DNA of 39,719 nt from Candidatus Heimdallarchaeota archaeon (GTDB lineage: Archaea; Asgardarchaeota; Heimdallarchaeia; Heimdallarchaeales; Heimdallarchaeaceae): NCBI GenBank assembly GCA_021399345.1, contig JAAFKI010000127.1, forward strand, positions 1-39,719, given 5' to 3'. The notes under the pieces are model-generated. The model was given only the letters and a program-made list of their open reading frames with translations, was not told the origin of the DNA and searched no databases. Position 1 is the first letter of the stretch. Every line of letters begins with the position of its first letter. Shown here piece by piece: positions 25,177 to 34,573 of this stretch. The position numbers and the translations under genes are program-made.

Positions 25177-26040
25177 TTATCCAAAGAAATCTGCTAGTTT
25201 CTGTTGACCTTTGAATGTAGTTTTTTTAGGCTCAATAGGAATAAGATTTTTTTCTGCAAGTATTTCCTTGAATTTTCTTGCTGCTGGGGGGGCGAATCCC
25301 GAGAAATGGTTGTTAATGAAAACATATCCAGTACTTTTGTTTGTGTTTTTAGAATACGCATCAGCCAGTTGGTCTACAGTTTTTTCCATGTAATCTGTTC
25401 TATCTTTTAGCTCTTTACCAAGTCCTATTGTCTGTTTATGAGAACCTATTATTCTTAGATAGAAATAATCTTTCTTTACTTCCTCAAAGAGATTAAATTT
25501 GATATAGGGCAGATATGAACTGACAATACCTATATCTTTCTCATTAAGAAGATCGTATGTATCTTCATTATACCAGCTGTTATGTCGAAATTCTATCACT
25601 AGTTGATAATCTGAGTGTGGGAAGAATGATATAAAATCAAAAATCTGATCTCTTGTTGAAGCATTTTTTTCAAAACTAGGTTTTAGTTGCATAACAAGAG
25701 GTCCAAGTTTCTTTTTCAAAGGATTCATGATGAGTAGAAACGATTTGAGATTCTGCTCAACAACTGATAGATTATCAGCTTGGCAAATCGATTTGGGGAT
25801 TTTTGCAGTTAAAACAAAATCGTCAGGTAAAGATTTGTTCCATCTAGCTGTTGTTTCTAATTTGGGAAAAGCATAGAAGGTAGAATTAACCTCACAAGTT
25901 GTAAATTGAGTAGAATAAAACTCTAAGAGAGCATATTTGTCTATCTTCGCAGGATAAAAACCTCCAAGATTGGATTTCCAGTCTTCATAGTTAAAACCGG
26001 TACATCCTACATGTATTTTTATATCCTGCATTTTACTCAA
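25177..26040 (-). CDS. DUF72 (YecE-like) protein
   Basis: VGCTGFNYEDW, FYP, EVNSTFY, LGPLVMQ, IEFRHNSW, YLRIIG, FINNH. Confidence 0.9.
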   Translation of the reverse strand: MSKMQDIKIHVGCTGFNYEDWKSNLGGFYPAKIDKYALLEFYSTQFTTCEVNSTFYAFPKLETTARWNKSLPDDFVLTAKIPKSICQADNLSVVEQNLKSFLLIMNPLKKKLGPLVMQLKPSFEKNASTRDQIFDFISFFPHSDYQLVIEFRHNSWYNEDTYDLLNEKDIGIVSSYLPYIKFNLFEEVKKDYFYLRIIGSHKQTIGLGKELKDRTDYMEKTVDQLADAYSKNTNKSTGYVFINNHFSGFAPPAARKFKEILAEKNLIPIEPKKTTFKGQQKLADFFG

Positions 26041-26156
26041 CTTTTCAAGATTTTTTAACTATAAAAGATAGATATTTATAACTTCTAAAGTTTTTCCAAA
26101 ATCTATTGCGGATAGAACTATTAGAATCTATTTAAAAGATGTTTCTAATGTAGAAA

Positions 26157-26245
26157 TGCCGATAGGCACCCCTTGCCCTAGAGGATGCATGAGTGTCAGT
26201 GCCGAGTAAAAAAACTGACACTCGAATTTCCTCTCTTGGCTTAGG
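26157..26245 (+). ncRNA. Putative structured non-coding RNA or leader of unknown class
   Basis: GC-rich island in an AT-rich spacer; hairpin tgcc-gata-ggca; nested stems gagtgtcagt/actgacactc, agagga/tcctct, ccttgcc/ggcttagg; TATA-like tttaaaa at 26131-26137. Confidence 0.55.
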
Positions 26246-26346
26246 ATTAGCTTTGTATTATTGAGTTAAAGTATTCCATAGGTGTTTTCTGTTCTTTCAA
26301 GTTTTATATGCAGAAGACTTATATTTTTTAAAAAAAGAACTTAATT

Positions 26347-28590
26347 ATGTTTACTATCAAATCAGCACAAGAAAACAGAAAACCAATTTTTCTAGTTACA
26401 ATGATTTTTTGTATATTCATTTTATCTTCCTCTGTAAATTTGAATGAAGTAGTTGGAGAATTGAGCATAACTGATCTTCGAATTCCATTGGTTTTTAAAA
26501 CACACTCCGGAGGAGTAAGACCTGATATAGGTTATTACATTGCTGAACAGTTAAGTGAAATTAATATTGGTTTAGAAGTAATAATAGAAGAATGGATTGT
26601 TTTTGAAAATACAATCCTTGTGACAAATGATTTTGATTTAGCTTATGTTACAATAAGTGGAGGTGGGGCGTCTCCAGACATGAGAGATGTTTATACGAAA
26701 GATGGGAGACTTAATATTTTTGGATTAAACAAAAATATTCCTTATGGAAATATGTCTGAAGAAATGCAAAACTATGGTGTAACGATAGTTGACCCAAATG
26801 CAAGACAACAGCTGTATTATGATTGGGAACAAATGTTTATGGATAAAATAGTACCTATGCTTCCTTTCTTTTCTCAAAGAAACTATGTTGGTTTGTGGGC
26901 AAACACCCAGGGATATGATGCTAGATGGGGATTATCTGATTCACTACCCTATATGAGCTATATTGGGTTACATCAAGGTCAACAAAGCTTAGATGAACTC
27001 AACATTGCTAGTCATAAATGGTTAGAGCTAAATCCTTTGTACTCCAATGAGTTAGTATGGGATCTTTCATCAGAACCAATTGTTCAATATAGCCCAGATT
27101 ATGCCCCTCTAAAATCAGGTCTTGTATATGACTGGGAACAAATTGATGAATCTCATTATCAGTTCTGGATGCATGATGATTTGTACTGGAATCCATCTTA
27201 TGATACAAGAGATAGAACTGCTAGTTCTGGTCCTTTAAGTTCAGTTTCTACTGGAAATTTGTTAACAGGATTGAAGTATGGGGAATATAGTAATGGTATT
27301 AATCAACAAGTTACCGCTAAAGATGCTGTTTTCACGTATCTTGCTTGGGCTAATGGATATGTGAGTGTTGATACAGGATATCATTCTTGGATCTCAAATA
27401 TTTATGTTGATCCTGTTAATGATTTATCGTTTCACATACATATAGATGGAAATCCAAACACTCCTGAAATTGAAAGTTATGCTGATTTTTGGACTAAATT
27501 GCCTTGGGATATTTTACCTGAATTCTATCTAAATTCAACTAGCTCAACAGTTTCTTACACTTCAGGTGGAGTAAGATGTAAGGGTCTATATTCAGGAATC
27601 TATCTAACTCCAGAATGGTCAGCATATAGTGAAAGTGCTTTTGGTTGTGGTAAGTATATGCTTGATTATTCAACTTCTGAAGTTACTGTATTACGTAGAA
27701 GCCCTTACTGGTTTGGAAAAGGAGCGATTGATGGGATGACAGGGGAAGTTCCATTTGTTGATACCATCAATATTGCTCATATACCTACAGGAGAAAGAAT
27801 TGGTGAATTTAAGCTAGGGTCTTTGGATATTGTTGATTTAACTGCTGAACCAACTACAAGAAAACAACTACAAGCTGACCCAAAATTCTCTGTTCAATCC
27901 TTTCTAGCAGACAGTATGAGTTTTCTAGCTTTTAATCTAAATAGACCTTTCATTGGTGGTGTTAATAACTTTCAATACTTGAATGAGCCTGGTAAAGAAG
28001 AGTATACAAAAGGCATTGGTATAAGAAAAGCTATCTGTTATGCTATTGATAGAGATGAAATTAATGCAGTTCTTTTTGATGGTGAGAACATGATAAGTCA
28101 CTGTCCAATTTATCCTAGTAGTGCATACTATTATTACCATGATATAATTAAATATAATCATGATTTAGATGCATCTAGAGAATGGCTACATGCATGTAAT
28201 ATTCAAATACCAAAATTAAAACTCACAGTAGAAAACCATGATAAAGTTGGTGAGAAGATCATTTTTCAAGCAGATTATGATACAGGTGTAACTGTTACAA
28301 GTTCAGAACTTTATTATTCTGTTAATGGATTCGTCAAACCTAAAATTACAATGCTTGAGGAGAAAGATAATTACTTTACTAGTAATATAGGTTCATCCTA
28401 TCAAGAAGAAACCTTGGTTGAGTTTTATATTCAAGCGACAAATGGTCTTGGAGACAAATTTGTAACAGCATTAATTACGTTCAGTGTAGGAACGAAGAAT
28501 AAAGCACTAGCCAGTTTTCCATTAGTCTCATTAGTAGTACTCTTAGTTATTCCGGTAATTTTCAGAGTCAGAAAAAAGAAAATGAATTAG
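26347..28590 (+). CDS. Family 5 (OppA/DppA-like) solute-binding protein, apparently circularly permuted, C-terminal TM anchor
   Basis: VTAKDAVFTY, FGCGKY, LAFNLNRP, IRKAICYAIDR; signal peptide; C-terminal TM + RKKK. Confidence 0.8.
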   Translation: MFTIKSAQENRKPIFLVTMIFCIFILSSSVNLNEVVGELSITDLRIPLVFKTHSGGVRPDIGYYIAEQLSEINIGLEVIIEEWIVFENTILVTNDFDLAYVTISGGGASPDMRDVYTKDGRLNIFGLNKNIPYGNMSEEMQNYGVTIVDPNARQQLYYDWEQMFMDKIVPMLPFFSQRNYVGLWANTQGYDARWGLSDSLPYMSYIGLHQGQQSLDELNIASHKWLELNPLYSNELVWDLSSEPIVQYSPDYAPLKSGLVYDWEQIDESHYQFWMHDDLYWNPSYDTRDRTASSGPLSSVSTGNLLTGLKYGEYSNGINQQVTAKDAVFTYLAWANGYVSVDTGYHSWISNIYVDPVNDLSFHIHIDGNPNTPEIESYADFWTKLPWDILPEFYLNSTSSTVSYTSGGVRCKGLYSGIYLTPEWSAYSESAFGCGKYMLDYSTSEVTVLRRSPYWFGKGAIDGMTGEVPFVDTINIAHIPTGERIGEFKLGSLDIVDLTAEPTTRKQLQADPKFSVQSFLADSMSFLAFNLNRPFIGGVNNFQYLNEPGKEEYTKGIGIRKAICYAIDRDEINAVLFDGENMISHCPIYPSSAYYYYHDIIKYNHDLDASREWLHACNIQIPKLKLTVENHDKVGEKIIFQADYDTGVTVTSSELYYSVNGFVKPKITMLEEKDNYFTSNIGSSYQEETLVEFYIQATNGLGDKFVTALITFSVGTKNKALASFPLVSLVVLLVIPVIFRVRKKKMN

Positions 28591-28692
28591 TTTGACACTA
28601 ATTCTTCCTTTTTTTTCGAGAATAATTAGGAAGAGACTTCACAATATTTTTAACACAAACTTTTAGAATTACATGTTAATTTCTTTTTATCC

Positions 28693-30072
28693 ATGACTGA
28701 TTCTGATTCTTCTATAGATTTACTAGAACCTTTACCATTAGGTGATTCTATAGATGACACAGATCATGAAATTGAAAGAGCTGAGGAAATAGCTCTTTAC
28801 TCTCGTTCTATCGCTACTAATGTGTCCAATGGTCTTGTAAGTCCTTTTGTCTCTTTTATTTCGTTAAATTTAGGTGCATCAGCTGGAATCTTGGGTTGGA
28901 TTCAAGCAATAGCTAACCTTCTAAGACAATTTTTGGACCCTTTTTTTGGACGCCTTTCAGATATGGTTAGAAGAAGAATTCCTTTCATAGTTATTTCAAC
29001 TATCACTTGGATTATTCCTTATGCTTTTCTTTATTGGGTTAAGGCCCCTGAATTTGTTATTCTCATTGTAGCAATTGTTAACATCCTGTTAAGTTTAGGT
29101 AACCCAGCTTGGAATGCTTTACAGAATGAACTTTTTCCAAGAGAGGTTAGAGGTAAACTTACTGGTCGCGTTTTCTGGTTTGGATCATTTGGCAGTATGG
29201 TTGCTACTCTTTTTACAGGAGTAATACTTACTTTTGCTTTTGGAGAAAACATCGAATATCAGAAGTATATTCTTATCCCTGTTGGTCTAGGCGTTTTGAT
29301 TTCTATTATAGCAGTACTTCCTTTCAGAAAGATAGAAGAGCCATTAAGAAGGGAAGGAGTGCAATTTGAAAAAACTGATGGAAATTTGAAAGATGGAATC
29401 AAAGAAATTTTTAGGAATAAACCTTTCAGAAAATTTATGCTCCTATATTCAATCTTTGGACTTTTTTGGACTTTTTCTTGGCCATTATTTAGTCTTAAAC
29501 AGATTAATATTTTGAATGCAACAGCTGTTGAAGTTGCTTTGCTAGAGATAATTTTCGCTGTGACTTCCATTCTGTTTATTTTATTGGGAGCTAAAATAGC
29601 TGATAAGTTTGGAAGAACAAAGCTCATCATCCTTAATCGTATGATTTTGTTTCTCTTCCCTCTTGGGTATATTTTTGCTACTAAAATCTGGCATCTTTAT
29701 TTGGTACACTTCTTTATTGCAAGTATTTTCAATCTAAGTTTTGCTGGAGTGAATGCTTACATATTAGACATGATACCTAGAAAAAATGGTGGGTTATATT
29801 TTGGTGTTCTGGGTTTGGTTACAGGAGTATTTTACTTCATAGGAACTCTATTAGGAGGATATATGGTCCAAGTTCTAGAAAATTGGTATTCGCAAGAAGT
29901 TTCTCTTACCATAGCTCTTGCCTTTGTTACTGTTATGAGATTCATATTAGGTTTCATATTCCTTTCATTGAAGGAAGTGAAGCTATTTCCTTCATCCTAT
30001 AGAGAATTACCACATTATGCTTTATCGAGTTTTGCAAATCTAGTGAGAAAGCCATTTAGAGGAAAGAAATAA
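28693..30072 (+). CDS. MFS transporter
   Basis: About 12 TM helices, GRLSDMVRRR and GAKIADKFGR motif A copies. Confidence 0.92.
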   Translation: MTDSDSSIDLLEPLPLGDSIDDTDHEIERAEEIALYSRSIATNVSNGLVSPFVSFISLNLGASAGILGWIQAIANLLRQFLDPFFGRLSDMVRRRIPFIVISTITWIIPYAFLYWVKAPEFVILIVAIVNILLSLGNPAWNALQNELFPREVRGKLTGRVFWFGSFGSMVATLFTGVILTFAFGENIEYQKYILIPVGLGVLISIIAVLPFRKIEEPLRREGVQFEKTDGNLKDGIKEIFRNKPFRKFMLLYSIFGLFWTFSWPLFSLKQINILNATAVEVALLEIIFAVTSILFILLGAKIADKFGRTKLIILNRMILFLFPLGYIFATKIWHLYLVHFFIASIFNLSFAGVNAYILDMIPRKNGGLYFGVLGLVTGVFYFIGTLLGGYMVQVLENWYSQEVSLTIALAFVTVMRFILGFIFLSLKEVKLFPSSYRELPHYALSSFANLVRKPFRGKK

Positions 30073-30089
30073 TTATTTTTAAATTTCAG

Positions 30090-31550
30090 ATAGAGGTTGC
30101 GTGTTCCTTCAGTTCAATTTATGATGAGTTTTTGTCATGCGGGCATAGTAACCAAACATGGTTGAGCATATTTTTTAGACGATGTGGGTTTCATTCCTTG
30201 TGGGTCTACACACACTCTATGTGGATACATCACGTATCCTCCTACCCCGTTCACTTTACGTTGAGGTAAAGCTTTCGGATCGCTTTTGACCAGAATATTA
30301 TACGCAGCATTGACATCTGCATTGATCTTGTGTCCTTGAGAAGAGGTGAACAATCCTCTGGAGGAGCGTTTGCCAGCATATGCCGTCCGTTTTTGAGGAG
30401 ATTCATTATCTAAGAAACTGCTTTTGGATGTATATTCTTCAGGAATAAGATCGACATGTATCCCTTGTTCCTCACCTTTGTATCTCAATTGATTGATAAT
30501 CTGCATGAAAGGTATTGTGACAAACATTTGCGTGACTTTTTTTCCTAAATTCACCTGTTGTTTCCACATGGGATTATACCCAATGATTACTTCTTGTAGG
30601 TCTCGTTCCAACCACAAATCAACCAAGTATTTGGTTAGATGGTGGAGAGCATTCTTGAGTTTCTTTCTAAATTTTTCCCGAAGATGATGATATGCTTGAC
30701 CATAGATTAGTTTTTGCTGTTGCTTCAATTGCTTTCTCTGCTGCTGGACATATTGTTCTCTTAACTTTGTCTGGATTTTCAAATAATACTGAATGATACT
30801 TTTGATTCCTTTTCCGTGATCCTTGATAACAATTGGTTGATTGCCAAGGTTATCAACAAAGGTCACGAGGTTAATACTCCCTAAATCGATCGCCCCTTTT
30901 CTGATAAGTTTCTTTCTCTGTTTTGGAAGAAGTTTCTCATAGACTAGCTCGAGTGTGTATCCTACTCTTCTTGGGATGATTCTCACTTCTTTAAGTCGAG
31001 TGCTAGCTGTCAAGCGAGTTTTGTAGTAAAAGCCTACTTTTTTAGGAAGGATTAACCATCCTTTCCTTATCTTGGCTTGTTGGTTGGAGAATATCGCTAC
31101 CACCTCCCCGTCTTTGGCTTTGTATCTTGGTGAGTTGGGTTCAGCAAAGAACCTTTGTGGGTTCTTTTCCCACTCTTTTTTTGCTTGAAAATACCCTTTC
31201 CAGTTCCTACAAAGAAGTTTGAGAGTGTGTTGTGCTGTATGAGCAGGAAGGTTTCGATAACATTCTTCTTCCTTGAGTAAAGTGTTCAAGTCATAATATT
31301 GAAGTAGTCTTTCTTTGTTGTTCAACGTTTGTTTTACCAGAAAGTTTGCTCGATTATAGAGATTTTTGACTTGATGACAGAGCTTGCTCAGTGTTGGGTA
31401 AAAAGGAAGTTCTATACATTCCACTCTTAGCACTTTTGTCATCATTTTTCTCCTTGGACTTTGCTATAAAAACTCCTGTAATATCTTACTTTCAGTTAAC
31501 TCTTGACCTGATTCACAATACGTTTAATGTGACTACAACTACATGGCAAA
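30090..31550 (-). mobile_element. IS1341-like tnpB-only element; ends approximate
   Basis: tnpB without tnpA between the MFS gene and lat; appears more GC-rich than its flanks; hairpin ggatac-N5-gtatcc near the 3' end; exact termini not identified. Confidence 0.6.
30135..31445 (-). CDS. tnpB: TnpB RNA-guided endonuclease (IS200/IS605 superfamily)
   Basis: KNLYNRANF, GAIDLG (RuvC-I), IIGY and EEYTSK (rearranged RuvC-II), NADVNAAYNI (RuvC-III). Confidence 0.92.
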   Translation of the reverse strand: MMTKVLRVECIELPFYPTLSKLCHQVKNLYNRANFLVKQTLNNKERLLQYYDLNTLLKEEECYRNLPAHTAQHTLKLLCRNWKGYFQAKKEWEKNPQRFFAEPNSPRYKAKDGEVVAIFSNQQAKIRKGWLILPKKVGFYYKTRLTASTRLKEVRIIPRRVGYTLELVYEKLLPKQRKKLIRKGAIDLGSINLVTFVDNLGNQPIVIKDHGKGIKSIIQYYLKIQTKLREQYVQQQRKQLKQQQKLIYGQAYHHLREKFRKKLKNALHHLTKYLVDLWLERDLQEVIIGYNPMWKQQVNLGKKVTQMFVTIPFMQIINQLRYKGEEQGIHVDLIPEEYTSKSSFLDNESPQKRTAYAGKRSSRGLFTSSQGHKINADVNAAYNILVKSDPKALPQRKVNGVGGYVMYPHRVCVDPQGMKPTSSKKYAQPCLVTMPA

Positions 31551-31600
31551 TACCTTTTATAATAAACGAACTTCTTTGCTCATGAAGGTGGATATTTAAA

Positions 31601-32896
31601 ATGGATGCTATAGAAAAAATAGGAAAACACATGCTTGTTGATGGTTATCCTTTGGTACTTGATTTGAAGAAAAGTCATGGATGCAGATTAGTTGATAAAA
31701 AGAATGATAAAACCTTTCTTGATTTCTTTTCATTCTTTGCCTCATCACCCGTTGGAATGAATCATCCAGCAATGATGGAAAAGGATTTTCTAAACCAATT
31801 AGCAGAAGTTGCAGTAAATAAACCCAGTTGTTCAGATATCTATACTGATGAAATGGGTGATTTTGTGGAAACTTTTAGCAGAGTAGGAATTCCAAACGAT
31901 ATGCCAAATCTTTTCCTAATCTCAGGTGGCGCTTTGGCTGTAGAGAATGGACTTAAGACTGCTTTTGATTGGAAAGTGAGAAAGAACTTTTCTAAAGGTT
32001 TTGAAGATGAAGTAGGAAGTCAAGTAATCCACTTTGAGCAATCTTTCCATGGGAGAACAGGATATACTTTAAGCTTAACAAATACTTTTGATCCCAAGAA
32101 AACAAAATACTTCCCCAAATTCCCATGGCCTAGGGTATCTAATCCTAAAGTAACTTTTCCAATTGAAGATAATTTTGAACAAATTGTTATAGCTGAAGAG
32201 AAAAGCTGTCAGGAAATACATGATGCTATCGAAAAATATGGTGATGATATTGCTTGTATTTTAATTGAGCCCATACAAGCTGAAGGTGGAGATAATCATT
32301 TCCGTCCACAATTCTTCCAAAAGCTTAGAAAAATGGCAGATAACCATGACATTTTGTTAATCTATGATGAAATCCAAACTGGCGTTGGAATGACAGGTAA
32401 ATTCTGGGCTTATGAACACTTTGGAGATGCAAAACCAGATATCCTCTGTTTTGGTAAAAAAATGCAAGTGTGTGGAATATTAGCATCTGATAAAATCAAA
32501 GATGTTGAAAATAATGTCTTTGAGGAAAGCAGTAGAATTAACTCTACATGGGGTGGAAATCTAACTGATATCTTCAGAGTAACCAAATATCTCGAAATCA
32601 TCGAAAAGGAGAATCTTGTTGATAATGCTGCTAAAATGGGTGAGTATATGTTAAAGCAAGTAAAAGAACTACAAGCTGACTTTCCAGAGAAAATCTCCAA
32701 TTCTAGAGGAAGAGGATTGTTCACTGCATTTGATCTAGAATCAGCTGAAATGAGTGACCAGATCAGAAAAGATTCTTATGCTAAAGAACTTCTTATACTT
32801 GGTTGTGGAGAAAAAACTATCCGTTTCAGACCTTATCTCAATGTAACTCCAGAAGAAATTGATGAGTGTATGAGCATTCTGAGAGAAGTCATTTAA
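31601..32896 (+). CDS. lat: L-lysine 6-aminotransferase
   Basis: HMLVDG, FLDFFSFFAS, NKPSCSDIYT, GGALAVENGLKTAFDWK, FHGRTGY, DEIQTG, FGKKMQVCG, SRINSTWGG. Confidence 0.92.
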   Translation: MDAIEKIGKHMLVDGYPLVLDLKKSHGCRLVDKKNDKTFLDFFSFFASSPVGMNHPAMMEKDFLNQLAEVAVNKPSCSDIYTDEMGDFVETFSRVGIPNDMPNLFLISGGALAVENGLKTAFDWKVRKNFSKGFEDEVGSQVIHFEQSFHGRTGYTLSLTNTFDPKKTKYFPKFPWPRVSNPKVTFPIEDNFEQIVIAEEKSCQEIHDAIEKYGDDIACILIEPIQAEGGDNHFRPQFFQKLRKMADNHDILLIYDEIQTGVGMTGKFWAYEHFGDAKPDILCFGKKMQVCGILASDKIKDVENNVFEESSRINSTWGGNLTDIFRVTKYLEIIEKENLVDNAAKMGEYMLKQVKELQADFPEKISNSRGRGLFTAFDLESAEMSDQIRKDSYAKELLILGCGEKTIRFRPYLNVTPEEIDECMSILREVI

Positions 32897-33008
32897 AGCC
32901 TTTAATTTTCTCTTCCTTTTCTTTCTATTTCTGCAGTTTTTTGGTTCTTTTGGGCACTAATACTAAAACTTATATGTTCAAATCCAAAAAATAGGGCAAG
33001 GTGAAAAT

Positions 33009-33920
33009 ATGCCTCTGGTTGAATGTGTACCTAATTTCAGCGAAGGAAAAAATCAAGAGATTATTGACCAAATCGTTGATGCCATCCAAAAGGGTGGAGA
33101 AATCATTATGTTAGATAGCAGGATGGATCCTGATCATAATAGAGCAGTTATATCATTTATTGGTGAACCCGAAGAGTGTGTTAATGCTGCTTTTGAAGGA
33201 TGCAAGAAGGCTACTGAATTAATAGATATGAATGAACATGAAGGAGAACACAATAGGTTTGGTTCTACAGATGTTATCCCCCTCATTCCAGTCTCTGATA
33301 TAACTCTAGACGAATGTGCAGAACTAGCTCTTAAACTAGGAAAAAGAATAGCTAAAGAACTAAAAATACCCATTTATTTCTATGGAGCAGCTGCAAAAGT
33401 TCCTGCTAGAGAAGTACTTCAGAGTTATAGAACAAAAACATTCCAATATGAACAACTGAAAAAAGAAATAGCTACAAATGAGGACTACTTCCCAGATGTT
33501 GGAGCTAAAAAAACACATCCTAAAGCTGGTGCAACAAATATTGGGGCTAGAAACTTCTTAGTTGCATATAATGTCTATCTAGATACTGATGACATGGAAG
33601 TTGCTAAGAAAATAGCTAGAAATATTCGTCATTCTGGTGGAGGATTAAGGTATATTCAAGCTGGAGCAATGAATATTGAAGAACGTGGAGTTGTTCAAGT
33701 CAGTATGAATATAACCAATTTCAAAGGAACCCCATTACATAGGGTGTTAGAAATGGTGAAGACTGAAGCAAAAAGATTCGGTGTTAATGTTACTGAATCG
33801 GAAGTTTATGGAATGCTTCCTCTTGATGCTCTCCTAGATGCAGCAGAATTCTACTTACAATTGAATAGTTTTGATAGAGATCAAATAATCGAAAAAAGAG
33901 TTTTTTCAAAAGGTGAATAA
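33009..33920 (+). CDS. ftcD: Glutamate formimidoyltransferase
   Basis: LVECVPNFSEG, DPDHNR, IGARNFLVAYNV, VQVSMN; TATA near 32969 and AGGTGA RBS. Confidence 0.93.
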   Translation: MPLVECVPNFSEGKNQEIIDQIVDAIQKGGEIIMLDSRMDPDHNRAVISFIGEPEECVNAAFEGCKKATELIDMNEHEGEHNRFGSTDVIPLIPVSDITLDECAELALKLGKRIAKELKIPIYFYGAAAKVPAREVLQSYRTKTFQYEQLKKEIATNEDYFPDVGAKKTHPKAGATNIGARNFLVAYNVYLDTDDMEVAKKIARNIRHSGGGLRYIQAGAMNIEERGVVQVSMNITNFKGTPLHRVLEMVKTEAKRFGVNVTESEVYGMLPLDALLDAAEFYLQLNSFDRDQIIEKRVFSKGE

Positions 33921-34560
33921 AATGGGTGAAATGCTAATAGACAAAGTAGTAACAAAATTTTTAGACGAATTAGCTAGTGATGCTCCTGCACCTGGTGGTG
34001 GTGCAGCAGCTTGTATTGCTGGAGCTATGGGTGCAGCATTAGGTAGTATGGTTGCTAGACTTACAATAGGTAAGGATGACTACAAGGATGTTGAAGAGTT
34101 CTTCAAAGAAAAATTGAATAGAACCGAAGAGCTTCGCATTAAGCTTACTGAGTTAACAGATAAAGATGCTAACGCTTTTAGTGGTGTAATCAAAGCATTC
34201 GGAATGCCTAAAGATACAGAAGAAGAGAAAGCTGCTCGTTCTGCAACAATCTTAGCAGAGTACAAGACAGCTGCTGAGGTACCTTTAGACACTTGTATAG
34301 CTTGCAAAGAAGTAATAGATCTTCATATTGAGATGGGAACTAAAGGGAATAAGCAAGCCCTTTCAGATATTGCAGTAGGCGCTCTTTGTGCTCTAACTGG
34401 TCTCAAGTCAGCTATGCACAATGTGGAAATCAATCTCGGTTGGATAAAAAACAAAGATGCTGAATACGCAGAAAAAATGTATGCACAACTTGAAGACCTA
34501 GTTGAAGGTGTTGAAGAAAAGGTACACAAATTAGATGAAGAAATAAAAGCTACATTCTAA
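33913..34560 (+). CDS. Formiminotetrahydrofolate cyclodeaminase (FTCD_C family; start probably ATG 33922)
   Basis: FLDELASDAPAPGGG, MVARLTIGK, AAEVPL, GN..ALSD, NVEINL. Confidence 0.92.
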   Translation: MNKMGEMLIDKVVTKFLDELASDAPAPGGGAAACIAGAMGAALGSMVARLTIGKDDYKDVEEFFKEKLNRTEELRIKLTELTDKDANAFSGVIKAFGMPKDTEEEKAARSATILAEYKTAAEVPLDTCIACKEVIDLHIEMGTKGNKQALSDIAVGALCALTGLKSAMHNVEINLGWIKNKDAEYAEKMYAQLEDLVEGVEEKVHKLDEEIKATF

Positions 34561-34573
34561 ACTTTTTTTTCTA

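Noticed and set aside
26186-26228. Eukaryote-like SECIS element (ATGA...AAA...GA)
   Set aside because: The GA is consumed by a perfect Watson-Crick stem, spacing does not fit the SECIS core, and no in-frame TGA selenoprotein candidate is nearby
31391-31585. 64-aa ORF as a tnpA remnant
   Set aside because: No HUH/Y1 or serine-recombinase motif; antisense overlap with the tnpB start
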